From Blastocystis sp. Blastoise (taxonomy: Eukaryota; Protista; Bigyra: Opalinata), in NCBI GenBank assembly GCA_039096225.1, contig JBBPEB010000007.1, forward strand, positions 620,001 to 684,000: a DNA stretch of 64,000 nt. Reading direction: 5' to 3'. The notes beneath the pieces are model-generated. The model made no database searches. It had not been told where the DNA came from and saw only the letters and a list, made by a program, of their open reading frames with translations. This document shows positions 15,116 to 28,114 of the stretch, piece after piece (positions within the stretch are counted from its first letter, which is position 1; the number at the start of each line of letters is the position of its first letter). Made by a program: the position numbers and the translations under genes.

Positions 15116-16687
15116 ATGGTGAAAGAAAAGGTGTTATTTGATATTGATAAATTCAATAGATTGAAGGAGGATATCAATGTATATGAAGAATTGATGAAAG
15201 ATGTTGCCAATGTATTTGGATCAGTGATGAATCTTGGTATACATTCTGGAATATCGATTAATAGACTTATTAAGCATATTGGAGATGATTGTATTGAAAA
15301 GAAAGGCGAAAGTAATGAATTTGAAAAGAAATGTGTTTATGAAAGTAAGAATAATGAGAATATGAAGATGGATATGGATAATAATAATGATAATAATATG
15401 GATTTGATTCGATTTACGAATAATGGTCCTATATTTCAAATATCGAAATCTGTTTTAGATACCTTAAAAGGTTCTTTTATTGAAGAACAACGTGATGAAG
15501 AATTCAGAGCAAATGATGGATCTATATATCTTGATTATCCTGGAAATGATGCCGCTGTTTATATTTTATTAGATTATTTGAATGGAAAGAAAGTCTATTT
15601 TGATTCTTTTTCTTATGAAGAACAATTAGAAATATTGAATTTATTTGAATTTTGTGGATTATTGATTCCTATAGAATTATTAAATTGTAGAGAAAGAAGA
15701 GATACTAAAAAGAAACAGTATAAGAACGAAGATGAAGTTACTTTGATTATTAATGGAAATAAGAATGATATTATTAAAGATTATTTAGTAAAGAATGGAT
15801 TATGGAATGAATATGTTATGAATTATAATAATGGATTTGTAGATTATAATCATAAAGATGAAAGTTTATATATGAATAAGAAATATGAATATATTAAGTT
15901 TATTACTGAATATGTAAAGAATGGATATATAGATATAGAAGAAGATAAGATAGTTGATATTGATAAAGAATTATTAGAGAAAGAAATGGTTGAATTATTT
16001 GGTGATAAAGGAAGAAATGGAACGAATTTATTTTTAACGATGAAACCTCAATTTTCTGATTCTTTGATTATTCGTGATAAAAAGATGGATTGCCAATTAC
16101 AAAAATGGCTTGGCAGAGATAAGAAATGGAAATTATTATTTAGGTATGATTCTAAGTATTATTATTATGTAAGTGTATAGAGCAAGTGAACATTACTATT
16201 TAGCAAGTAAATTTCATCAATATTGTGATAATAAAGGAGAAACAGTTACTCTAATCAAACATATAGGTCATGATGATCATATAAATATATTTGGAGGATA
16301 TACTGATCAAAGTTGGGAATCTGATTCAGGTAATATATTTATTCTCCATTATTATTCAATATGTTTTGCATAGGTTGGAAACCTTATTCTAAAGAATTTC
16401 TATTTATATTAAGTAATGAACATAATATTCCTCCTACTAAATATGAATATATAAGTAGTGATAGAAGTAAGGGTATTTGGTGTAGTTCTTCTTATAGTCC
16501 TACGTTTTTACAAACAGATATATGTATTCATGATCAATGTCATAGTAATACTAATTCATATTGTCGTAGTAATTATTCAAGTGCGTGTAATAATCCTCAG
16601 AAATCATCATTATTTGTGAATACGAATAACTCTAATTCTAACAATAATTTTATTGTAGAAGATTATGAAGTATGGGGAAGAGCTTAA
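15116..16687 (+). CDS. Tandem BTB + TLDc domain protein, copy 2
   Basis: Exons 15116-16143, 16181-16329 and 16374-16687. Same intron positions and TLDc motifs as copy 1, with a near-identical N- and C-terminus. Confidence 0.9.
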
Positions 16688-16953
16688 ATATTTTTATATA
16701 TTCTGATTATTATAATTTATTATATGTTTTTTTTATATTAATGTTTTTATTTATATATATGTTTTTCATAATTTATTTATCTATGCTTTTTTATACTTTT
16801 TTTTAAATGTCAAAAATTATCTATTAACTATTTTAGTTTTTTTCTATTATAAACAAAGACACTTAGAAAAACAATATAATTATAATGAAAATTGGTAACT
16901 TTTTTTATATATTGCAATTTCATGTATAATACATATATTTTTTAATAAATATA

Positions 16954-17365
16954 CACTAGTAGGCATTTTGTTTTTTAGTAAAAAAATCTATCTATTGGGT
17001 AACCAAAACCTTATCTAAAAAATGGGCTATTTTCTTATCTAACGACAAAAAATCTTCTCTAACCATATGCCAGGAAGTTATCTAACACGTTTGACCCAGC
17101 TGGCATCTTTTTTTTTAAGAGCAGTTTTTAGTGTTTTTCTTTTCTAACACAAGGCAAATATCTGTCTATTCACTAGTAGGCATTTTGTTTTTAGTAAAAA
17201 AATCTATCTATTGGGTAACAAAACCTTATCTAAAAAATGAGCCATTTTCTTCTCTAACCATATGCCAGGAAGTTAGTTAACACGTCTGACACAGCTGGCA
17301 TCTTTTTTTTTAAGAGCAGTTTTTGGTGTTTTTCTTTTCTAACACAAGGCAAATATATGTCTATT
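16954..17365 (+). repeat. Tandem duplication (~217 + ~195 bp) of the CACTA left terminus
   Basis: A second CACTAGTAGGCA starts at 17171. The copies are near-identical apart from a ~20-bp deletion and a few SNPs. Confidence 0.92.
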
Positions 17366-18849
17366 TGTATTTTATCTGCTCTAAAGGTATCTATATTTTT
17401 CTCTAATACACATTTTAAACACATTATCATGTATTTTTAAGATAAAATTTGGGTGCTATTTGTTGGATAAAACCTGTCTTATTTATTTAATTAATCGTTG
17501 TGTGAATGATAATTAAAATTATATTAACAAAAGACAATAAATAATAATAAAATAATTATAACAATAATAAAGATAAGAAAATAATAGTTATTTTGATTTG
17601 TTTTGAGTAATTTGATAACATTTTGGATCACTATAAATATATAAATGATAGGAATGATAATAATATAGATAATATATAATATATACCTTGTAATGAAACT
17701 TCTAAAGCGACTCCATGAAGAAAAGCCGACACTATAAAAATATATTGAATAAAAAATAATATAATATAGCAATATACCTTCTCAATCCAAATAGTGTGGA
17801 CCAGGTAAGACCTCAGAGAACACCCATTATCTTTAGAAAAAAAAAATAGTTAATTTCAAAAAATATTAATATAATTAAATACCTTTAGAACCATGAAGTT
17901 GTCGACTAGGGAGACCTCCTACAACATCTGAACCTATAGAAGATAATATTAATAAAAAAACTACAACAATGGAAAAAAATATACCTTTTATAGCACCGGA
18001 TTTCGGATCACCTAAACCACACAACTCATGAGTTAACTTTAAAATATGAAGAGGAATCAGGACCTATTTGAAGCTATTTCGACGGACCCGTAAGCCTATA
18101 TGATATAAAATAAATAAATTATATAGTATACATTTTAAAAACTATATAAAATAGTTGCGAATCAATTAAAAATAAAAATAAATATGAAACTTTTTAGAAT
18201 TTATTTTAAAAATACATACATGGCCCTAAAAATACAGAAAATCTTTTTTTTTCTATAATAAAAGTCTCTATAAATTTCTTTATTTCCAGGGGTTATCAAT
18301 TCTCTAAAATTCTCCTTTTTTCTACTAAAACGTCTATTTGAATGCTAAATTGAGTTATAAATGTATTTTATATGTATTAAGCTAGATTACTTCATTACAA
18401 CATGTTTCTAGACTTAAAAGAGCAGAAACAAACTTATTTTAGCAAACTATAATTTCTATTTGAAATATTTGTGAGCAATATATATATAATAGTATTTGAT
18501 TTATAATATGAATATCATAGAGAATAAAAATATATATTTGACATAGTTGTTTATAAAGTCATAATTCACATTTTACGAACATTTTTATTATAATATATTT
18601 TATTTTAATGGATTGTTGATATTACAAGTAAGTGAATGAATTGAGAAGGTTTGCAAGTTGTTATCAACATAAAATAATAAAATCTAATAAAAATATAAAC
18701 AGGATTAATACGTATTCCATTTTACTATTATTCGAAAAGAATTCTTTACAATAATCTCATTCTATAATATTTACAAAACAAAATGAATAATATATAATTA
18801 AATATAACATAATAGAAGACATATATAAAAGTTAATAGACAATAAAAAT

Positions 18850-19537
18850 ATATATATGTATATGACTTCTTTCTTTATCCTATATAAATTAATTATAAAA
18901 ATATCTATAATTTAGTATATATATATATGAGATTTTTCATCATCTACAATATACAAAGCGCATTATCTATCAGTCTATATAACATATATAATAATAAAAT
19001 AAAAATATTAAATATAATAAGTATAATAGTATATATATATACAAGACATATAATAATGTTTTGATAATTATGGTTTTCAATGAGGGATATAAAACGCTGG
19101 TATTATAGGAGGTATGTAGCAGTATATATATTGATGTATCTGTAGTTCATAAGTATATAATAAGCCTTGTTTGTAGTATGTCTAATATCTATCTATATAT
19201 ATATATATTATATAATTAATAATAAATATAAAAGAGTAAATAATATATAATATGCTACATCAAAAGTTATATAAAGTGAATATATATATACATAATTAAA
19301 ATATTCTTGAGAGTAAGTATTTCCCGCGATTATTGATTTATAAAGACAACAAGCCACTGTAAGGAGGGAAGATGAAGGAGAAGATAAGAGGAAAGTAGTA
19401 TATAACCACGGGAATAATTAAGTATATCTAAAAGAAAGATATATATAATATATGTATATATATATATAATAAAATATATAATAAAAAGATAATATAAGTA
19501 GATGAAGAGAGATTCACATATATATATATTGTATATA

Positions 19538-19612
<75 letters not shown>

Positions 19613-20479
19613 AAATCATATTCACATCATATTTTTCTTCTTTATTCACGGTTTTCAGTCGATTACGAAGAAGAGAATATGCATATTGAACATCAATAGC
19701 TATATATTATACATAATAAAACCATAATAAATATAATAAATATAATTAATATAAAACATACAATGATCATCTTCTTCTTCTCCTTTTCCTATATAAGTAA
19801 ATATATCTATCATTTCTTTTTCTTTCTTCTTTCCTGTTTCTTCTTCACCTTCAATTTCAACAGTATTCAGTATATAATTCAATTCATAAATCAGTTCACC
19901 AATAGGTTTTTCTTCCCCTTCTCCTCTTTCTTTCTCTTCATAAGTATTCATTAATCCTATTTCTTCTTCTTCAGGTACTTCCATATCATTATCATCCATT
20001 AAATCATTTTCTATATCTTTATATGCACCTGTGAAATAATTAGTAGGAGGAGGAGGAGGAAAAGGAGGACTATATACTTCTTCTAGACTATTATGACTCA
20101 TATTAAAGGAAATAGAATGACTATTTATCTTCTTTAATGTATGTAATTGAGGAGGTATATAAGAAGAAGGACAATGAGTTATTTGCATAATTTCTTCTGT
20201 TCTTGCTAATAATGTATACATAATATCTTGAGGAATAGAATTCGATTCATATATATATATAGACTTACTAATATTATTTCTCTTCTTTGTATTATATATA
20301 ATAATATGATATAATATTGTAAGTAAGAAACGAGATAGTAAGGTATATAACTGAAATGAATTTCAGAAGAAGGTTCAAAAGTATATAATAAATTGAAGAA
20401 TGATTTATAACCATCATTTAAATATATTGCATTCTTAAACCATGTTGTTAAGAAGTCTATAATAATATATAATAATAAT

Positions 20480-20514
<35 letters not shown>

Positions 20515-20798
20515 AAGCTATCTGATTTATAAAGTGGAATCAATGGAATATCACGTGCTTTTCTTCATTTGATTCGGGAGTACAAATACATCCTTAACGG
20601 AAAATATACTCACCAACTGTTTTCTATAATAATAATAAGAATGTTATTATAATACATAATATATACAATAGAATTTCGAATAGAATCAGGAATAGGTTGT
20701 GATTCAGGGATGTCATTTAAATATAATACTAGCAATTTACTTATACTTTAATACTCTATATATAATATGAATATAAGTATTTATATATATGTATAAGT

Positions 20799-20829
<31 letters not shown>

Positions 20830-21385
20830 AGTATATATATATATATACTTGTACTGTACATATATTATCACATGTATTCAATAATAAACTTTGTAAATAT
20901 TCACGTTGTTGATTAGGGAAGAGAGGGAGGAGTTGACATATAATGGTAGTTGCTTGAATGAATTCATATATACGGTTATTATGAACAGCTTCATAAAATA
21001 TATCAATATCCTTATTTGTTAACTATATATATAAGAATATATATATATATATAATGATAATAATAAAGAATATAATAATAATAAGTAAATACAAGGATAA
21101 CAGTACATATATGTTGAAGAAGAAAGAGAGACAATCGTAACGTTTGTGTATTTAAACACTGTTGGAATAGCACATCTAATATATCCTATATATATAATAA
21201 GTAATATATATATATAGTTATATATACTCTGTCTCGTATGTATTGAACAAGTGATTTATAAATAGCAGATTTCTTTATCGTTTGAAGATCATGAAATAAT
21301 GTAGTTAAATTAGTTATTCCATATATATATATATATATATAAAATTATTATATACATCAATTCTATTTTAAATATTTGATCTCAT

Positions 21386-21430
<45 letters not shown>

Positions 21431-22450
21431 TATATAATTTTTGATAATCATAAGGATCTTGATAACTATATATATATAAATAAATCATAATAAAAACTAA
21501 TAATAATTACATTTTTCGTTTTTCAGCAAATTTAAGTGTATTAATATATTCATCAACATCAATTTGGCGGGGAAAATCACTTGGTAAAAAATTTTAATAA
21601 CTATATATATAATAATAATAAATACACCATAATATATATATATATATATGTATACACCTTTCATTACAAATAGTTTCAAGTGAAGGAAGAGAAGTAACTA
21701 TATATATATGCTTAATTTATACATAGAAAATAAGTATTCAAACTATATACATAATAATAGTAATAACATATTTAATATATATATATATATACATCTTTTC
21801 CAAGGTTAACATCTGCCCATAATGATTGTAATACAGTTATATATTCATATAAAGAAGCCTCTATAGATTTATATAAAGAGTAATAATATTAATAATAATA
21901 TTGTTTATCTCTATATACCTCAACATATAACTTGAGGTACATACAGAGAATAGTGTCTATTAAAGGGGGGATTGAGGGAGTCACGAGATGATCACATGAT
22001 GAAATATCTAGAATCTTCTATATATTTGGATGTACATCGAGACTATAAATAAATATTTATATAAAGCCTATTATGATTATTATATATAAGTGAATTATAT
22101 TTATCAGAAACAGAGGATTAAAATATATGTTATTATATAAATACCATATATATATAATATAAAGAATATACTTTTTATTCTTATAGTAATAAGTAAGTTG
22201 TTATTTCGAATGTATATTGTAAGAATAAATGACGAAAAGAAATGATACATCAGGTAACAAAATAGCTTGAATCTATAGATTGATAATTAATAGAATAATA
22301 AACTAAAAGATAATTATAATAATAATAAATATATTTACTTGAATATTCTATTATCTATAAATCTTCACATATTTATATCAATTGAAATAAGTTCAATAGC
22401 TATTCTTACATATAATTCTAATCATAAAACAAGTTGTATCTCATATTCTA
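18850..22450 (-). pseudogene. Decayed multi-exon host gene fragment(s) inside the CACTA element
   Basis: Host-style exons between GTATAT/TATAG introns. Some are open (LTNKDIDIFYEAVHNN...; ORF 19700-20221), others carry stops or frameshifts (LDVHPNI*KILD; KTVGEYIFR*GC). Confidence 0.65.
19543..19610. repeat. (TA)n microsatellite (intronic)
   Basis: ~34 perfect TA units. Confidence 0.95.
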
Positions 22451-22485
<35 letters not shown>

Positions 22486-22618
22486 ATGAATAGATATAGA
22501 TATAGAAACTAATATTCTTATAGTTTTTGTATATATACTAATAAACTAAAATATAATTATAATTAAACGTATAATAATAAAGATTATAATATATAATAAT
22601 ATATAAACATATATATAC

Positions 22619-23044
22619 TTGATTGATCTACATGTTCTAGAAGCAAAGAATATAGATATAGAATAGGTGATTCCAGGAATAAGACCTAATTTATCTGCAT
22701 AATTCGTTATATTAATATGAGAACCAACTGGAGTATTATAACTATATATATAATAATAATATATAAAATATAATATATACCCTCCATAATCTAAGAATAA
22801 ATGTTTATTAATAAAAACCCATAATCCATTATTGGTTTCAAAATCTATAAATTGATCTGTTCTATTCTCATATCTATATATATAATAATAATATTATATA
22901 AATATAAAATAATAATATACAAGAAGAATAGATTTGTTTTCATAGTAAACCAGAATTTCTTACCAATATATTCTTCTATTGGACTTAATGCATATCCTCC
23001 TTTTACATCTGTTAAAGGAAAATAAGTAGGACTAGAAGATATAG

Positions 23045-23077
<33 letters not shown>

Positions 23078-23306
23078 CGAGAAGTAGCAACAAAAGCTCG
23101 AATATTATTATCAGCATAATCATTCACTTTATCACATACTGTTTCTACTCTATCTTCTTTTGAATATAAATTTGAATATATATATCTATATAAAAAAATA
23201 TAATAATAATAAATATATATATACTTTTGATAATTTGAAGGTTGTTTTGTAATAAAATTATCTGTATAATGAATATTATAATCACGAATACCAAATCCTT
23301 TCTCAT
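22619..23306 (-). pseudogene. Fibro-slime/PA14-type domain gene fragment (cargo)
   Basis: Exons translate to PTYFPLTDVKGG...KFWFTMKTNLFF|YENRTDQFIDFETNNGLWVFINKHLFLDYGG|...LGLIPGITYSISIFFASR. This matches the fibro-slime pattern FFP...FT.E...F.Y...F.F.GDDDVWVFIN..L..DLGG...LGL..G..Y...FF.ER. A phase mismatch occurs at the ~23078/23032 junction. Confidence 0.7.
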
Positions 23307-24553
23307 CTATATATATAATATATAAATGTTATATATAATAAACAAATAAATAAATTCTTATATTAATAATATAATTAAATAGATAAAAATAAATAATTAA
23401 ATATATATAAATAAACATATATATATACAAACTATTTTACAACTGATATCGTATTTGGTATTTGAAAATATCAGAGAAACCACAAGATTCAAGAATGGAG
23501 TAAGAAATAACTTTTCTATATAATATATAAATTGAAAATATATATAAAATATGAATAGAGTAACTAAAAATCAAATGAATATTTTTGATAGGAAAAGAGA
23601 AAAAAGAGAAATGTGCCAATGCAATATAAAATTAAATAGATATATTTATATACGCTCTATATTGTCTCGACTTGTTGTTTAGAAGAAGTACTGACGAGAA
23701 TAACCAAGAAATCTAAGTGAATAAAAAAAGAAATGTAATAAAATACCTTATAATAAATAAACCCACAAGTCTCTGTTATGGACCTTTCTAAAACTAGTCA
23801 AGGAGAATGTCTGAAAGGAAGAGGATATCCAGAATCGAAAACCTATAAGAATGATGTAAAACACTATGATAAATTTTATAAATAAATACTAACACATTAT
23901 GAACACTGCTTAGAAACATCTATAATAACTGTAATCAGTTCTAATTTGTTCATATAAACACAAACTTAAAAAAATATATATGAATTCATAATTCATTTCT
24001 AATTTTTCAAATTTATCCTTTCTTAAAAAACCAGAAGTCTGTCTAAATTTTAAAAGTATGTCTAAAAAAAAGGCGAGAACGCTTTGGTGCGTTTTCGTTA
24101 TCTAACGTGACCCAAAAATATATCTAACGCGAAAAACGTGCCTACTAGTGATAAACAAAAAAAAATTATTCAATGAATTATTCTTTTAAATAAACTAAAC
24201 AATTATATAAACAACAATAAATATTCAATAACAAAAGCAATATATAAACAAAAAATAATAGAATTTCTTTATAGTTCTTAAGTTTCAATTTATTCACTGA
24301 TAGAATTATTTGAAGACAGAGAGGTGGTGGCAGACTGAAATCCAATAATAGAATCAGGAATAAAGTTCTATCTAGTAGTAATAGTGGTGATATACAACTA
24401 GATATAGAAAAATAAGAAACATAAAGAATTTAATTATATTTTGAATATAAAAAGAAGAAGTTATTGAAAGAATAAAGTTGAATTTTTTTTTGAGTTTTAG
24501 AAAATGTTTTTTTTTTATTTATTTTTTATAATATAATGAAGAATTGAATAAAT

Positions 24554-26705
24554 TTAATTCAATTCATCTTCTTCAGAAAAAGAAGGAGAAGAAGGACGAG
24601 AAGGAGAACGAGAAGGAGAACGAGAACGAGAAGGAGAAGAAGAAGAAGAAGAAGAAGAAGAAGAAGAAGGAAAAGGAAAAGGAGAAGGAGAACGAACAGG
24701 AGATATATATGTTGAAGAAATGGAAGGAAGATGATAAGAAGTTGGATTAGAAGGATAAGGAAAAGGTAAAGAATTATTCATATAAGAATGATAATAAAAA
24801 GAAGAAGAATTATTATAATATTGAGAAGAAGTATTTGAAGTAGAATTAGTGTTATTATTATTATAATAAGAACCTGATATAGAAGGATATGGTGATATAG
24901 AATTATTAGGTAGTGAGAAAGGAACATGAAAAGAATCATCATATATATCTATCATATTAGGAGAGAAGAAATCATTATTTGTTTCACGTTTATAATTATC
25001 TATAGAATATTTATCATTCATTTTCATAGAGGAACCCTTATTACTGTTAGAATTCTTCACATCCTTATCTATATAAATATATTCATATAATAATAATTTT
25101 TATCTATATATATATATATATATATTCTTACTTTTATCTATATCTATATCACTATCATTATCAATATCAATATCTTTATCTATATCTATATCTTTGTTTT
25201 TATCTATATAATTATAAATATCTATATCTTTATCAATATCTATATCTATATTCTTACCTCTATACTTACCTTTATACTTACTTATATCAAGCCTCCATTC
25301 ATTTTGATCATCATTATTATTTCTAGTAGACCTATATATATTCATATTCTTTTTGTTTTTGGAACTTCTATTAGAACAAGAATCATAATTATAAAAGTAA
25401 GTACTACTTTTAAAAATGTTTTTTTCATCATAAAAACAACCAAACTCAGTTTCAGGGTATTTCTTTTTGATTTGATTTTCATCATCTAATTCCATAGATC
25501 TTTTGATAGGAAGAAATTCTTGAGGACCAACTGAATTAACAATTCCAGTCTTTCGACCATATCTTGTTTCACTCAGGATACCCTCTTTTCGCTTCCCTGG
25601 ATTTGTACAACCATTTGGAAATGTGATTCCTTTTTCAAATATGTTTGAAGGAATCACATTATGCGGATTTACTGGTTTTACAAACTTTCCATTCTTTTGG
25701 AGCAGATCATTTGTAGCAGCAGACGTATCTAAAAAAGAATCAGGAGTGAATCCAGAGAAGGAATGGTGAATTCCTTCTCCATCATCAACTCGAGATTCTT
25801 TCTCAGGAAGACTATCACGATTAGAATCATTGTCAAGATTTCCATCACCATTCTTATAGCTTTTAATTTTGAGTAACCGATCATTAGAAGCAGAAAAAAG
25901 ATCCTTTTTACCAAAAGTTCTTTCTCTTTTTTGTAAAGGAACAATCACTTTTTTTGTAGCCAAAGATTTGATTCTAAAAGGAGAGATGAATTTCTTTACG
26001 TATTTGGCAACTGAAGGAAGTCTAAAGAATGAAGAAGACGAAGAAGCAGGAGGTTCAGAAGTAGAAACTGAAACAGAATTGGAAATTGAGTTAGTAGCCG
26101 GATCAATTATAGAAGTGGAAGAAGGAATAGCAGGTTCAGTAGTAGTAGAAGAAGAAGTAAGAATAGTAGGTTCAATAGTAGAGGAAAAAGAAGAAGGAAG
26201 AGTCGTATCAGTAACATCATGAATAGGAGAAGGAATAGTAGAGGCAGAAGAAGAAGGAACAGTAGTATCAGTAGTAGGAATAGAAGAAGGAATAGTAGGT
26301 TCTGTAGTAGTAGAAGTGGTATTGACAACAGTAGAAGACAAATTGGTTTCAGCATTTTCTTCTTTCATCAAATCATCTTCAGGAATAGTATCACCTATAT
26401 AGAATATATATTTTAAATAATATAAATTAATAAAATACAAAAAATATTTAAAAATAACATATTAAAACAATAAAAACAACAATTTGAAAAAAACAGCCTT
26501 GTCGAAATGACAAATAATTGTTATGATCAGAGAGATAATATATAGAAACAAATAATTATGGAAAATAAAACAATGTAGATAAATATATACTTGGAATGAC
26601 AGGAGAATTCTCTTTACGTTTTGAAGAAGACTTCAGGAAACGTAAGTAGTAAGGGTAGGCAACGTAAACGGCGTCAAAGGCTATAGCTAGAAGAGTAGAA
26701 AACAT
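24554..26705 (-). CDS. Low-complexity Ser/Thr/Pro-rich protein with hydrophobic N-terminus (orphan)
   Basis: ATG at 26705 (MFSTLLAIAFDAVYVAYPYY). Exon 1 26705-26591, then a long exon from 26394 (ORF 25100-26440) with TIPSS repeats, then ORF 24554-25060 ending in SPSR repeats. The 3' end is uncertain; a further exon near 24290-24370 is possible. Confidence 0.6.
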
Positions 26706-28114
26706 TTTTGTTTTGTTAAAAGAACAAAAAAAGATTAAAAGGTGAAAGAAGGGTAAAAGAGAGCTTAAAATAGTTGAATTGATTAGAATGATGACAGAGT
26801 CGTTTTTATCCAATAGTTTATGTTTTTTCATCTGTTAACGATGACAATCTGTGTTTCAGTCTTTGTCATTCATAAAAATGTTCAAATATTCATGAGAAAT
26901 GAAAGGTAGGATAGTCATTTTTTCGATTTTTCACTTATTTTTGGTTTATCATAGAAGTAAGAAATTCTTACTATTCAGCCTGTCCTTCGTGACAAACCTA
27001 TAGTCAGACAAAATAACCAATAGTTGTGTTTGTTTAGGATGGAGTTGGTTTTATAATCAATTGTCTTTGTCCTTCTCTAGGAGAGTGGTCCTGAATGTTT
27101 TAAAGGGTAGTTATATTATGAAATAATAAAATAAGAATTAATTATGTGATGATAAGAGAATCGATGACTGACAAAAACAAAGAATGTGTAAAGACAACTT
27201 TATGAAAATTTTATTTTGGAGAGTTGAGAGAGTGTAGAGTGTGATGACAATCGTTTTGAGCTATTTAAAACATAGGGAAAAAGTGGCTTGTCAAGATTCC
27301 CTCCATATGAGTCGATTTTCTTTTATTATAAAAAGAATATTTAAGCATTATAAGTTAATTTATAGATGTTCAGTATTTATTAAATGATATTGAAAGCAAT
27401 AAATGAATCAAAAACTATCTTTTAATTGTAGATTCGTAAATATTAATATCCTTAATTTAGTTCATGTAGCGTACGGTGTCTCACACACTTTCACTATTAT
27501 TGACTTTGTTATTAACTTTTATAAAATAAAAATAACATCATAAAATACGGAACACAATTCTGAAAATGACTGTTAAAGAAATTTTTCGAAAACTCTAAAT
27601 TTCTGGCTAAAAAATGCAAAAAACCATTTTCGCACAAAATTTTAACCAAAATTATTGGATTATTTTTATTTTATCCAATATTTTTCATTTTTATAAAAAC
27701 ACTTATTTTTCGTTTTTCATTTTTTATTGTTTTCTTATTTTTCCTATATCACTTCACATACTCTATATTTATTTTTATAAAATTGACTTTTATTGACGGG
27801 TTAGTCTTATAAATAGTTTTGACGGGTAAATTTGTTTATATTTACAACTTGACAACATATCAATACACACATCACTAACTATAAACTCTAAAATGGTTTC
27901 AGTTGTTATGATACTGACCTCAACTACTCTGAAACCACAATAATTCCTTTAAATAACAACAAAAGTCAAACTGATATCCGACACATTCCTTCTTTATAAA
28001 CTTATTTGAGCTTTAATGTATTTATTTAACTCTGTATCCGTCATAAATATGTTTTATATTTTAATAATATGTTTTAATAAGAAAATATTTGATAATAGAA
28101 ATTTTGATGTTTTG

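Larger units (their letters stand above)
16954..24150. mobile_element. Non-autonomous CACTA (En/Spm) DNA transposon carrying captured host gene fragments (Pack-CACTA-like), 7.2 kb
   Basis: TIR CACTAGTAGGCA (16954-16965)/TGCCTACTAGTG (24139-24150). 3-bp TSD ATA on both sides (16951-16953, 24151-24153). Subterminal (TA)TCTAA(C) repeats at both ends. No transposase recognised. Confidence 0.88.

Noticed and set aside
16954-17365. CRISPR-like or LTR repeat
   Set aside because: Only two ~200-bp units with no spacers; explained as duplicated CACTA ends.
19428-19699. Short YIYI-rich ORFs here and throughout the ORF track
   Set aside because: They are translations of intronic (TA)n or intron read-through, not genes.
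18850-23500. Interior of the CACTA element as a spliced transposase; in-frame stops as an alternative genetic code
   Set aside because: No TnpD motifs were recognised. The stops co-occur with frameshifts, and intact genes terminate normally with TAA/TAG.
25869-26416. Acidic or Arg-rich ORFs on the + strand (also 24544-24750)
   Set aside because: Antisense shadows of Ser/Thr/Pro low-complexity coding on the minus strand.
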